A stretch of DNA of 64,000 nt from Lama guanicoe (GCA_013239625.1 MU054338.1:5556724-5620723), one strand, 5' to 3'. Counted from the stretch's first letter, positions 12,301 through 23,973 are shown. Numbers and translations are program-made. Notes: generated by a model not told the origin, from the sequence alone.

Positions 12301-15300
12301 CCTACCAGGAGCCGGTGTGATCTTTCTGAAAGGCCCTCCCCCCTTTCTGCTTTCTGTCCTGGCACTGCTTCAATCCAGCGGGGATATGGACTGTCACTTG
12401 GCCTAACACCAGCAGCGTGGCAGAAAATGCCCTGGTGACAAATGTTCCCCAGGTGCCTTGGCAGCCTGGTCTGGCTGAGGGCCCCACTCCATCACCAACA
12501 AACCTCTGCCCCTGGGGCTGGGGCTGGAGTCATCCGTGGGCTCCACGTCATCATACAGCTCGTAGACCTCATCTGCATCCCTGTGGGGATACCTGAAATG
12601 AGGGCCCGTCAGCCCTGTGACCTGTGCCCATGCCCCCTGACTTGCCACACTCACTGTGGGATGTCTGCAAGGTGTCGAGCCTGGACGTGGATCCCAGCAG
12701 AAGAGGAGGCCCTTGGCAGAGCTGGGGAGAGATGAGAGCAGTGGGGAATCAGGGAGGCAGACACTACCTGTGAGCCTCTACCCGTTCCTTTCTGCCTGGG
12801 CCGCCCTGACCCACCTGTGTCTGCTGCTGAGATTCTCCAAAAGCTCTGGATGTCCCTGGGGCTCGGGGGCCGTGGTGGCTTGGCTGGAGGGGGGCCCAGG
12901 CTGCTGACCGGGGGCAGAGGCCTCCTCCGGGGTGGGTGGCCAGGTCTGAGGCCCAGCCTCGACCCTTCACTGCGGGTGAGAGCTCCTAATTTCTGTTGCC
13001 TGGCTCCCAACCCCGGGCCGAGCAGGAACCTAGCACCGGAGCCTGCCACTGCGGTGGGCAGTGAGCTCTCTGAAACGGAGCCTGGAAGTAGGGGCTTTCT
13101 AGGGAGGTCTTTGAGGAACTCGGCCTGTGGGTGCTTCCTGGGCAGAGAACTGGGCTCAGGCTGTGAGAATTTGCGGGGAGGCCCCCGGCACTCAGGCTGT
13201 GGAAACTTCGGGGAGAGCAGGTTGAACTCGGGCTCTGAGGACGTCCTGGGGAGGCCGCCCAGCTCCAGCTCAGGCTGCGGGGGCTTCTTGGAGAGCGCTT
13301 TGAATTCGGGCTGCTGTGGCATCTTGGGAAACACGTTGACTTCAGGCTCTGAGGACGTCCTGGTGAGGTCACCAAACTCAGGCTGCAGAGGCTTGGGGAG
13401 GTCATTCAGCTGAAGCTGTGGGATCTTTCTGGGAAATGCACTTAGGTCAGGCTGCAAGGAGTCCCTGGACTCGGCCTTCGAGTTGGGTGCCTGAGGGACC
13501 TCGCTGAAATTGGACTGTGGCAGGGACTTCTTAGGGAAGCCACCAACCCGAGGCTGCGGGGGCTTTCTGAGGTTTGCACTGAACTCAGGCTGCGGGGGCT
13601 TCTTGGGAAGGGTGCTGAAGCTGGGCTGTGAGGAGGAGGGGTGGGGCTCACTGGGCTCTGGCTTTGGGGGGAGTGCCCCGGGGGTCTCACTGAGCTCGGG
13701 CTGCGGCAGGGACTTCTTAGGGAGGCCACCGGCCTGAGGCTGTGGGGGCTTTTTGGGGAGCCAACTGAACTCAGGCTGGGGGTGCTTCTTGGGAAAGGTG
13801 CTGGACTCGGGCTGCAAGGGCTTTGGGGCGGCCACACTGGCCTCGGGCTGCTGGAACTTCTTGGCGCGTGCACTGAACTTGGGCTCCACGGAGGGCCTGG
13901 GGGTGTTGCCGAGCTCAGACTGTGGGGGCTTCTGGTCAGGCGCGCTGGGCTCCGGCTGCGAGGCCGTCGGAGGGGCCTCGCCGACCTCAGGCTGCGAGGG
14001 CTTCCTGGGGATCCGAGTGGCCTCGAGCTGCGGGGCCTTCCTGCAGAGTTCACTGAGCTCGAGCTTGGAGGGCTTCTTGGGCAGGTCGGTGACCTCAGGC
14101 TGCGGGGGCTTCTTGGGGTGCTCACTTAGCCCAGGCTGTGGAAACTTCTTGAGTTTGCTGAACTCGGGCTTCGGGGGTTTTTTGGGGAGTTCGCTGGTCT
14201 CAGGCTGAGAGGCCTGGAACTTTGCTTGAAGGCTCCGAAAGTCCTGATGACTCCCCTAGGGGACACAGAGTCAGTAAGGCAGGGACATACACACAGCGGT
14301 CCTGGAGAGATGGCCACGGGACACGAACACAGTCACAGACACATAGCCCGCTTCTCCTAGCTCCCGTTCTGTGAGCTCCTCTTCCCCACCCTCTCTCTCG
14401 CCTCTGCCCTTGGCCCTCTTCTCTGTTGGCCAAAGACTCCCAGCCTCCCCATGAGTCCCAGGCTCCCGTAAACTATTACACCCTTCTGACCTCCCTGCTT
14501 AGGCCTGGACTCACCCAACCTCACCCGCCCCCTCAGGACCTGGCCTACCCCTCAGTCAGTGGTGCCTTCCAACATCCTCCAGCCCCTCCTGCACCACTGT
14601 CCTGGGCCAAAGGGGCTCGTCCCCTGTTGCCTGGATTGTAAAAGGCTCCTCCAGGGTCTCTTGCCCCTGCATCCTGCACCCTGATCCCTGGTCTGTCCCC
14701 TCACAGCAGCCAGAGATCTGTTAGCTCGGAGTTGGATGGTGCCCCTCCACTCAAAATCTGGCAGTGTTCTTTCATTTCCCAACAATAAAAGCTCAAGTCA
14801 TGAAGGCCCTGAGGGGGTAGATCCGACCTCCCCCTCCCCGCTACTGCCTCTCCCCAATTCAGGGACCTTTGCTCTGCCCGTGACCTACCTGGGACACTCC
14901 CCCAACTCCTCTCCTCTTCCTCCAAGTCTCTGCTCCCATAGTCTTTATCAGAGAAGCCTTCCTCCCAGACCACCCTAATTACTAAAAAAAACAAAAACAA
15001 AACCCCCACCCCTCTTCCCGTATGCTCCATCCTCCCCTACCTGCATGATTTTTCTCTCAGTACCTGCCACCCTGTATCACACAAATGATTTTCCTTAATA
15101 CTGTTTTGTAAATGTGTCTTGATGGTTTTGTTTTGGGTTTTGGGGGTCTCTCTACTGCCCCTTCCCCCAGCCCCATGCATTGCTGTCCTCCCAGGGCCTG
15201 GCACGCCGTAGATGCTCAGTAAACATTTGTTGAACTAAAGAATATACCAGGCACAAAGACAGGTGTATACTCAGTCGCATCCAGTCTGACTGTCATAGTC

Positions 15301-16207
15301 TCATGTAGACAGAAACACAGACGGAGAAGACAGAGACCTGGAGGCATATGTGGGTGCCAGGGTTTCACAGTCCCAGACACCCGGATGACATTCACGGCTG
15401 CCCACGAGGACAGGCAGGCAGGCTCCCAAGCACAACCTTGGCCAGGCACACGCACCATCTGAAGCACACACAGTCCATCCCGGTACCGTCTTGACTGGCC
15501 CCAGGCCACCATCGGTCACAGACACAGGAGACGTGCAAGTCAGGCCTGCTCTGACCGACAGATTACCCCAGAGGTGGCCCTGCCACAGGTCCCCAAGCCT
15601 GGCTTCCCTTGGGGTCTAGGAGGCTGGGGGAGGGGAAGGGCAGGACCTCATGGACTTTGCCTCTCTCTGTGCCTCACTCTCCCCGCCATCCGGAGAACAA
15701 GAAAGGTGGCGATTCCTGCCTGGGGCCTGAAACACTTCTGTGAAAGCCCCTCCATCGGGTGGGTTGGGGCAGCGGCCCCGGGGTGACCCACAGGGCCAGA
15801 CAGCTCAGGGTCAGCAGGTCATGCCTTTCGGAACCACTGGGGTTGGGAGCAGGCAGCAGGTGCATGACCTACTTTGGCACCCACAGGAAGCCCCTGCTGC
15901 TCACCCTGGCTGCCTGTTACCAGGTTGCTGTTCAGGCTGACCTGGGGGAGGGGAGGCATCTGGGTATTCCCACCTGTCCCGCTTATAGTCACAGCCTCAG
16001 CCGGCCACTGGCCCCTTGGAGCCCGAGCTGTCCTCGAGGTGTGTCCTGGCCCAGGTGCCTCTGGGCCTTTGTGTCGGTGCCAGACAGCTTTCCTGCCCCT
16101 CTTCCACTTGCTCCACTTTTGGAGTATGCCCTCCAATTTCCACCTCTGGCATCCCTTGCCTCGGGCCAGTGGAGGCCTCTCCCAGAACTCGGGGACTCAC
16201 TCACCAT
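9360..16207 (-). CDS. PRAM1: PML-RARA-regulated adapter molecule 1, complete, 10 coding exons, 674 aa
   Basis: Exons (minus): 16207-16205 (ATG only), 14255-12815 (GSHQDFRSLQAKFQ; Pro-rich PKKPPQPE repeats), 12721-12655, 12580-12504 (EVYELYDDVE), 10363-10306, 10189-10081, 9939-9777 (hSH3 FEGEIVIQTRMMIDP), 9689-9656, 9564-9530 (EVYDDV), 9397-9360 (TAA). Total 2025 nt, phases consistent. Confidence 0.95.
12990..14200 (-). repeat. Coding degenerate tandem repeat (~36 nt / 12 aa unit, PKKPPQPEFSxL-like) in PRAM1 exon 2
   Basis: Recurring ctcaggctgcgggggcttcttggg-like units on the + strand, matching the repeated peptide. Confidence 0.85.
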
Positions 16208-16266
16208 GGCTGCAGGCGGGTGATGGGCCAAAGGCCGAGTGGGACCCGAGCCAGGGCTGCTGCCTT

Positions 16267-16276
16267 CAGGAAGTGA
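16267..16276 (+). promoter_or_regulatory. ETS/PU.1-type site at the PRAM1 5' end
   Basis: CAGGAAGTGA ~60 nt upstream of the PRAM1 ATG; PRAM1 is a myeloid gene. Motif match only. Confidence 0.45.
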
Positions 16277-17119
16277 CTGTGGCTTCTGCTCCACAGGGTG
16301 GGGTCTGCTGGCCGTGCAGCAGGGAGGGCAGAGGAGGAAGGAAAGGAGGTGGGGACGGCCCCAGCCTGTCCTCAGATCCTGTCAGGCGCTTCAGTTCCTG
16401 TCCTGCCAGTCGCCCCATCTGTGCTTTGTGCCTCGGATGTCAGCACTAGTTTCTGGACTCTGCTACTGTCCCCCTCACTCCCAGCCCCTGCCCTGCTGTG
16501 TGCTGGCCTTGGACTCCAGGGAGGCCTCGGGCCAGCCCCTGAGGACCTCCTGCCAACAGAGGCAGGCCAAGGCCAACTCTAGCCAGGGCCTCCACAGGAG
16601 GGGGAATTTTCAGTGGGGACAGAGCATGGCTCTGGGCCAGGAGACCCAGGAGTTGAGTAAATGTGATAGGTAAGGAAGGCCCTTCTGCTGGCTCTTGGCT
16701 CACCCACCTTCCTCATTTCAACACTTCCCTGCAGTTCGATTCCAAGCTCTGAGCAGGACTTCCCTGTTACAGGGGCAGATATATCATGGGCTGTGCGCCC
16801 GGCTGGGATGGCCGATTTGGTGGAGGGTGGGTGGGTAGTGTCCAAGGCCTTGTCCCCCAGGGAGGGAGGGAGACTGAGGACACCCCAGGCTCCCAGAGGA
16901 CAAAGGAGGGAGGAAAATCGGGACACCTGGAAGGCCAGAGAAGAGGGACTGAAGGTGGTGGCCAAGACCAGCGCTGTGAAGATGTGAGGCCAGGCCAGAC
17001 AAGGGCGAGCCCTGACCCTGACCACAGGGCTCAGTCCCCAGGAGGTCAGTGATCTCGGGCTCCCAGATGAAGGGAGAGTGCAGAGACCTGATTCTCCGTT
17101 TGGCTCTGCGTCTGAATCC

Positions 17120-17350
17120 CTCGATGAGTTTAGAAAAAGATTCTGACTTAATTGGTCTGGGGTGTGGCCTGAGCCTGGGGATTTCTTTCACACCCTCAGG
17201 GTGATTCTGATTTAGCTGAGAGGCACTGGTGCCCACAAATCACCCTGAGACCCCCTTAAAGTGTAGGTTGTGCCTCAGGTCTATGGTGGAGCCTCAGATT
17301 CTGAAACGTCCCAGGTGATGCACGTTCTACTGGTCCAAGGATCATACCTA
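17120..17350. mobile_element. MER5-like DNA transposon relic(s)
   Basis: gattctgacttaattggtctggggtgtggcctgag...caggtgatgc...tggtccaaggatcatac resembles MER5A; approximate. Confidence 0.55.
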
Positions 17351-17609
17351 GAGTACCCTCGAGTAGCAAGGTGGTTTCCAGAAAGATCTAGATGAGACGG
17401 GGAAGGAGGCTGGGCATTGCATTCCCAGCAGGAACCCTACATTCGCCTCTGCCAGGAAGGCCACAGGCAGCAGTCGGAAATGACTCTGCCTGTATGTCCC
17501 CTTTACAGCACAGCTTGGAAATTTGGGAGTCCGTGTCTGTGCGTCCCAGTCCCAGCATGGACAGACATGCACCCTGGGCCACTTTCTCAAATGTGAATCC
17601 CCCTCTGAA

Positions 17610-20173
17610 CAGGAGTCCTGGGAGGCAGGGGATGGCAGGTCTGTGTCCTGGAGCATGGACAACGTGAACCTGCACTCCCTGGCCAACCTGCCCGGCTTGG
17701 TGTCTGTGTGGACGCCTGGGCCCTTGTTCACTCTCCCTTCAGACTGACACTCCTGTGCGCCCTCTGCTGGGCTGAGCCAAGAAAGGACACTGCTTTCAGG
17801 CATCCCGGAGCTGGGGGTGGGAGGGGGGGTACCCATGTGGGGTCACAGCCTGGTTGACCAGAGGGAAGTCAGGGGCTGCAGGAGCCCAGAAAGGGCACTG
17901 GGAGCAGTAAGGCTTCCCAGGCAAGCAAAGGTTGGATGTGACTTGGGAGTGGGTGAGGACAGGAGGCAGTTTTTGGAGTGACCCAATACCCTAGGGCTCA
18001 GGGCAACTTCAGCTTGCTCCAGAGGGCAGTGCAGGGATTGGGAGGGACTGTGGACCCATGGAAGGGGCTGTTGTGTCTACATGGGTGATGGGATTCGGGG
18101 GAGGTATCTGGGCCAAGAAAGATGGTGGTTCTGGGTTTCTCTGGAAAGATCCTGACAGACTAGGAAGTGGCACTGTCTGGATGTGGAGGTGGCTGAATGA
18201 GGGGGCTTGATGGGGAAAACTGGGGGTTGCGGGACTCTGGTGCCCTGGAGATGGAACACCAAGCCTTGTCCCTGGAGATGCATGGAAGGGTGGGCTTAGG
18301 GGCATATTTCCCAGGGTGTCTGGGGCCTTGGGAGTGCAGGAAAAGGGGACAGTGCCCTTTGGGCCTCACTGCCTGGCTTTTCTCATCAGTGGTAACTGCC
18401 CAGCTTCCTGGGTGGTGTAGAATCAGAGTAACTTGGAACTGGGCCTGGCTAGAGTCAGGGTGCATAGTATACCTCCTGGCCTCACCTTCTCTGTCTGTAA
18501 AAAGGGGCCCCTGGACCTACCTCCTCCCCACGTTCTTGCGAGGGTCCCAGGCAGCCACAGGCTTGGTGGCAGGAGGGCTGGGAACCACTTGCAAACATTT
18601 CCCAAGCCGCCTCCCCTCTGAATCCTCACAAGAACTCCAAAGGGCAAGCATCCTGGCACCCATTTTAAGGACTAGGAAAATGAGATGCAGAGAGGTTTCA
18701 ACTCTCCCGCAATCACAGAGTGGTGGTTCCAAAGCTTCTCGCTGAGAAGGGGGAGCTCAGGAGGCCCTGGAGCCCCAGGGTGCCCTCATGGCCCATCTGG
18801 GAATGCCCCACAGTTGGTGCTGAGTGACAGCCGCCTGAGTTGGGGCCTGGAGGTGCTGGAGGAGTGGACACCCAGCCTGGGCCACCTGAGCCTCAGCTGT
18901 GACCCCATCCAGGACACTGAAGCCCTGAGGCCCCTTGTGAGGCCGCAGGCAGTGGGGTCCAGGTGGGCCAGGTCCTACGGGTGCCCCAATCTCCCTTACT
19001 GCCCTTCCCAGGAGAAACTGCAGGGCCTTCGGAACCTGGAACTGTTCGACTTCAAGGAGACACAGCAGCTGCACTAGTGGGACTAGCTGCACAGGTGTTT
19101 GAGCCATTACCCCAGCTCGGCTACCTGGATGGCTTCGATGCTGGGGACTGCCCAGCTCTGAGCCCAACACGCTGGGGAACGAAGATTCCAAGGAGGACTG
19201 GTCGGGGTGATGAGGGGAGCAGGAAGAAGATGGGAGGGTGGCGATTGAGGGAGCTGCCTGGGGACTCCACCCAAGGGGTGACGCGTGTCTTGTTGGCTGC
19301 AGATACTGAGGAAGAGGTGACAGAGGACAACTCTGATGAGGACTCAGAAGCTGGACTGGAGGTAAGGAGTGAAACAGGGTTCTGTGGGGCTGGGGACCTG
19401 GTCCTGGGGTTTTTGCTCACCGGATGGAGAGAGGGAAGTGGTGAGTATGGCCCTAGGAGGAGGTACAGAGGTTTAAGATGGGGCCTTGCGGGCTACTAGG
19501 ACAATAGGATCTTCATCCAGAGAGCTATGGGGAGCTATTGAAGGGTACTGGGCAGGGGAGGGGCACAATCAGAGGAGACCCCTGTTTCCAGGGGCGTTCA
19601 GGCTGGGAAGGAAGGCAGGAGGGGTTGCCTCTGGTGCTCTGGGCAGGGGAGAGGTTAGAGGCCTGGGCTAGGGGACCACAGGGCTGGAGAGGAGCAAGAT
19701 GCAGGAGGTAAAACCCAACTCTGAAGTGTGGCTGCCAATAATTTCCGTACCCAGCTGGGCTGACCCACGGGTTCTGGTGACAGCAGTGTGGCACCAGATT
19801 TTGAACCCTGGCCCAAGTTTGACTTCCCACAAAGGAAAGGAAGAGGATGTATATGGGGGAAAGGTGAGGCGGGAGGGTCCCAGGCTCTCCAGGGCTGGCC
19901 TTGACCCACCCTCCTCCTCAGAGCTGGGGCAGGGGGAGAAGGGGAAGTGGGCAGCCGAAGACAGAGTCCAGAGGTCAGATAGGAGGATGACGATGCAGCC
20001 TGAACACCAGCCTGCCACGGAGTGCCCAGCCCTGGGGGCCCTGGCACTGCCCTTCCACTGCTAGGACTGCCTCCCACCCTGTCACCTCCTTGAGGGTCAG
20101 CACTGGCCTCAGGATAGGGGAGCAGTGTGCTCCAACAGGGCCAGCTCCCAACTCCTGGGGCTTTTTAAATAAA
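17610..20173 (+). pseudogene. Unprocessed (intron-containing) ANP32-family pseudogene (acidic leucine-rich nuclear phosphoprotein 32-like)
   Basis: Exon-2 relic 17652-17699 (SMDNVNLHSLANLPGL); exon 18814-18936 (123 nt, LVLSDSRLSWGLEVLEEWTPSLGHLSLSCDPIQDTEALRPL); exon 19012-19200 (EKLQGLRNLELFDF...*...QVFEPLPQLGYLDGFD); acidic exon 19303-19361; tentative exon 19835-19863; last exon from 19922 (GEKGKW...EDDDAA*); AATAAA 20168-20173. TAG at 19075-19077 plus an 8-nt frameshift. Confidence 0.88.
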
Positions 20174-20408
20174 CCAGGAAAACTTCCATCTTATCTGGCT
20201 TCTGAAAGTGGTGGGACAGGACAAAGGGCCACCTACAGCTGTTCTAGCATTCAGGTGACAGGGGATGTGCATGGGACACTGGTGGGCTGTGAGGGAGGCC
20301 TTTCCCCTCCCCCAGTGGGAGCGCCCCAGGAGTGCCAGATTGGCCTTCTCACTGTGCACTGGAGGGGCGAGGGACGCAGACACAGCACCGGCTGGCTCAT
20401 CTGCCTCC

Positions 20409-20414
20409 TTTATT
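20409..20414 (-). terminator. ZNF414 polyadenylation signal AATAAA
   Basis: tttatt on + strand ~90 nt beyond the ZNF414 stop. Confidence 0.8.
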
Positions 20415-20501
20415 GTGTACCCCACTCCGACCATCTGAGACCCCCCTAAAATTACAAAACTACCCACACCCCACATCCCACCCCCACCAACGCGGCTGGG
20501 T

Positions 20502-23500
20502 TCAGAGCGGCGAGAAAACCGGACACTCCCCCTCTGACAGCAGCTGCGACATCTGGGGTGCCAGCGGGACGAGGTCTGGGTGGGGCAGAGGAGGGGGCGC
20601 CTGAGCCTCGGCCCCGCCCCTCGCCTCTGGGCCCCTGCCCTCCCCGCCGGCGCGCTCCCGGGCCTTACCCGCCGGCGCGTCGGGGCGCGGCTGCCCGGGC
20701 GCCGGGGTCGAGGGGGCGATGGGGCGGTGGTCCTCCAGGTGTAGTGTCATGGCGGGCCGCGAGGCCGTGGAGAAGGCGCACTGCATGCACGAGTAGCGGC
20801 CGCGCGTGTGCTCCCACACGATGCGGCTCGGGGCCGCGTGCCCTGCGGGCAGGCGGGATCCCGTCAGTCCCGGACCTCAGCCCTGAGGACCCATCCACCC
20901 CCGAGGACGGTGGACGTGCGCGAGGGCGGTCAGACCTTTCCCCGCCTCCCCATCAGCTCGCGGACGCCGAGGGTCTGGCCTGGCTGATTTCCCCCTGTAT
21001 TGGAGGGCACTAAACATGACTTATCCGCGTTCCCCTTTCCCATCCCCTGAACCACCATAGGGGAGGGACTCGGGAACCGGGCGCGAGTTTTTCACGGAAA
21101 CGCCGGCGCAGATGAAGGAGCAGGGGCCAGTAACTTTTAAGGCAAAATCCTGTATTTCGGGGGTGACATTTCTGGCCACCTGGGAAGGGAGTGGGCACTG
21201 CTGCCTCCCCGCATCCTCTGGGCCCCGCAGGGCGCAGGAAAGAAATCCCCTCCACCCTCCCTGGTGGTCACCTGAACGCACCTGAAGGCGCGTCGGAGCC
21301 GCCCTGGGGTCTTCGCGGGCTGCCGCCTGCACCTGCGGTAAATAGGCGGGTCAAGGTCATAAGTCAGACTGAGCCCCGCCCACTCTTCAGGCGGCCCTGC
21401 CCCCACACTCACCGTGGCTCTTTTTCCAGACCGCAGCGCTGGAGGCGGGCGGCACGGGAGCGGCGGCCAGGAAGGGGCGCAGGCGTGGGGGGCTTAGGCC
21501 AAAGGACGCGGGGTTCAAGTAGGGCAGGAAGGGCCCGGTGGGGGCAGGAGCAGGAGTCGTGAACGGCTCGAGCAGCGGAAACGACAGGCCCGGCGCCGAC
21601 GCAGGGTCGGACTCCGGTGGGCGATCGGGCGCCGGTGGCTCCTTGTCGAGGGCGGGGGGTGGCGGTGGGGCTGGGCTCTGCGCATGCTCAGCGCAAACAT
21701 GCAGATGTTTGAAGAGCGAGCGGTGAGTGCGGAAGCGCAGGAGGCAGTTCTCGCACCTGGGGGCAGCACAGGGCTAGGCTGGGTCTCCTAGGGTGCAAGG
21801 AAGGGGCCTATCCATTGTAACCTGGGTAGCCGCTGCTCGAGGGTGGTAAGGGTGCCTGGGTCCAAATAACAGATTCCCCACATGCGGGGGAGGAGCTTGC
21901 CCTAAACGCCCCCCTACTGTGGTCGCAACCATTCCGGACCCCTCCTGGTCGCAGACCCGGGAAGATGAGGAAGGAAGCCTTAATTCTGACTTAGGTGGTC
22001 AGTTTTTAATCTTGCAAGACACAGGGACTTAGCGGAGCCACGCCATGTATGCCCCTCCCCTTTCCAAGCCCTGCCCTCCGGGTCCCCGGAACTTGCTCTA
22101 GCAACCAGTCTCTCTTCCGGGCAGCTAAGGGCAAGGCTTGCCCTAGGTCACGCCCACTCCCAGACACAACCCCCTTGACTAGGGAGAAAAGCCCGGACCC
22201 CAGATAGTGACTGTAAAATCAGTGGTGGGGGGAGCTGCCTGGAGTCTGGTTACCAAGCACCAGCAGAGGGCGGGGTGGACGGGGTCTCACTTGAAGTAGC
22301 GATTGGGTTTGTAGTGCAGCTTGCCGTGTGCCACCAGTTCCTGCATGCTGGGGAAAGTCTCGGTGCAGCTCAGGGCCGAACAGCGGAAGAGTTTGCCTGG
22401 CAGAGCAGGGATGAAGGACAGAGGAGTGGAGGGGGTGGCAAAGACTGGCCTGGAGGCTCTGCCTGCCTCCCACTCTAACCTGCCTCCCACCCTGACCACC
22501 TACCCTGGCCCTACCTTCCAGGGACTGTGTAGGTGGGCAGTGGGTACGCAGATGCTGTGCCAGGTCTCGAACGCTGGGGAAACTGAGGCAGCAGCCAGGG
22601 CTGGAACAGGGTATCTGCTTCCCTGCAGGATTCACAGAAGGGGGGGGGGTCACTGTCCCTTCTCCACCCATACTGTCCAGGACTCTGCCCCAGAGAGACA
22701 TATATGGGGCTGGAATTACCCTATGGTTTCCTACTGGGGCCTTTACCCTCTGCCTCCCCCACCAGAGGGTAGGGGCAGAGTTGGCCTGGTTCTTCACTGT
22801 AACCACAGCCTGGCATACATTTGGTGCTCAGTAAGTGGTGATTCCCTCTAGATGGGTCCCAAGTTTGGAGATACTCTATATTCTTCACTTCTATTGTTCC
22901 AGGGCCTGTGCTCCCCCAGAAGGCCCCATCACAGGTCACCTGGTGGTGGGCGTCGTCTGGGAGGCCGCAGGTCTTCGCTGGTCCCGGAGACTGTGCTGGT
23001 CAGGCCAAGGCTGGGTCCAGAGCCAGGATGGCCACTGTCTGGGGCTGGAGAGGCACCCTGCTGGGTCCCTCCAGGCCCTCCACGTTCCCACACCGGGGGT
23101 GTGGCTGCCCGGTCTGAGCCTGGCTCCTCCCCCATGGAAGAGGAGGTGGCTACAGCAGCCACAACTGGGGATACCACCTCCTTGTCGGTCTCACTGGAGC
23201 TGGGCTCTGCAGTGGCCGGCATGTTCGGGCTGGGCCCCAAGGGTTTCTCCTCCTGGTGGAAGGAAAAAGGTAGGGAGAAACCCTTTGGGCCCAGGGCCTG
23301 CCGGGGCCAGCCATGGAAACCCCTCCACCCCACCAAGACCACTGGACATTCCTGAAGCAGCAAATGACCCAGAGATATCACCCAGTCAGCCCCCATCCTA
23401 AGGAGTCACCATCAATGGAAAGAAGGGAGTGAGGATGGATTGAACTCCCACCTCCTGTGTCCCCATCCTCTGGGAGGGAGCTGGGAGGTGTCGCAAATAT

Positions 23501-23973
23501 AGGAGGTACTTTTCCAGGAATTACCCATATGAAAGAAGCGCGCCTTCGGTCCTAACTTGGAAAGGTGGGAGGCCCCCTACCAGGCAAGGGCGTGGCTCAG
23601 TAGGCGGGGTAAAGGCGGGGCTTTGAGCAGGGGCGCAGCTAGGAAGATGCTGGAGGGGCCAGAAGTGGCCAAGTGGGTTGTTGGAGGACGGAGATTATCT
23701 ACCCGCCGGGCTCGAGCTGGGCAGGCGAACTGGAGGTGCTGGGGGCCTGGCTGTATAAAGATCAGGTGGGCGGTGCCCGAGCCCTGTGGGCGTGGCCCAG
23801 TCGAAGCCAGGACCGGAAGTAGGGGGTAGGGTGCTCCTCGAGTGACAGCCAGCGGCGAGCGAGGGCCCGGATGTGGGGGCGGGGTCGGCCAGAGGCTGTG
23901 TGCGCTACAGGGCCGCTTCCCGCCAGTCCCCGCTGGTTCGCCGCGTCCGCGCCCCCGGCGCCGCGCTCACCAT
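20502..23973 (-). CDS. ZNF414: Zinc finger protein 414, complete, 8 coding exons, 390 aa
   Basis: Exons (minus): 23973-23971 (ATG), 23252-22940 (EEKPLGPSP...RRRPPP), 22622-22515 (CSSPGC...HLRTHC), 22396-22291 (CSALSC...HGKLH), 21756-21413 (CENC...HLHVC), 21332-21282, 20842-20669 (CMQC...HLEDH), 20575-20502 (TGA). Total 1173 nt, phases consistent. Confidence 0.96.

Noticed and set aside
12817..14208. Several long overlapping ORFs on both strands
   Set aside because: Shadows of the GC-rich repetitive PRAM1 exon 2; the true frame starts at the 14255 acceptor
16600..17600. Search for exon 1 of the ANP32-like gene (MEMxxRIHLELRN-like)
   Set aside because: Candidate ATGs near 16626 and 17557 give no convincing match, so I left it unassigned
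18685..19499. ORFs 18685-19077 and 18963-19499 as intact standalone genes
   Set aside because: They run through introns and join fragments of the disabled ANP32-like exons; neither is a complete protein
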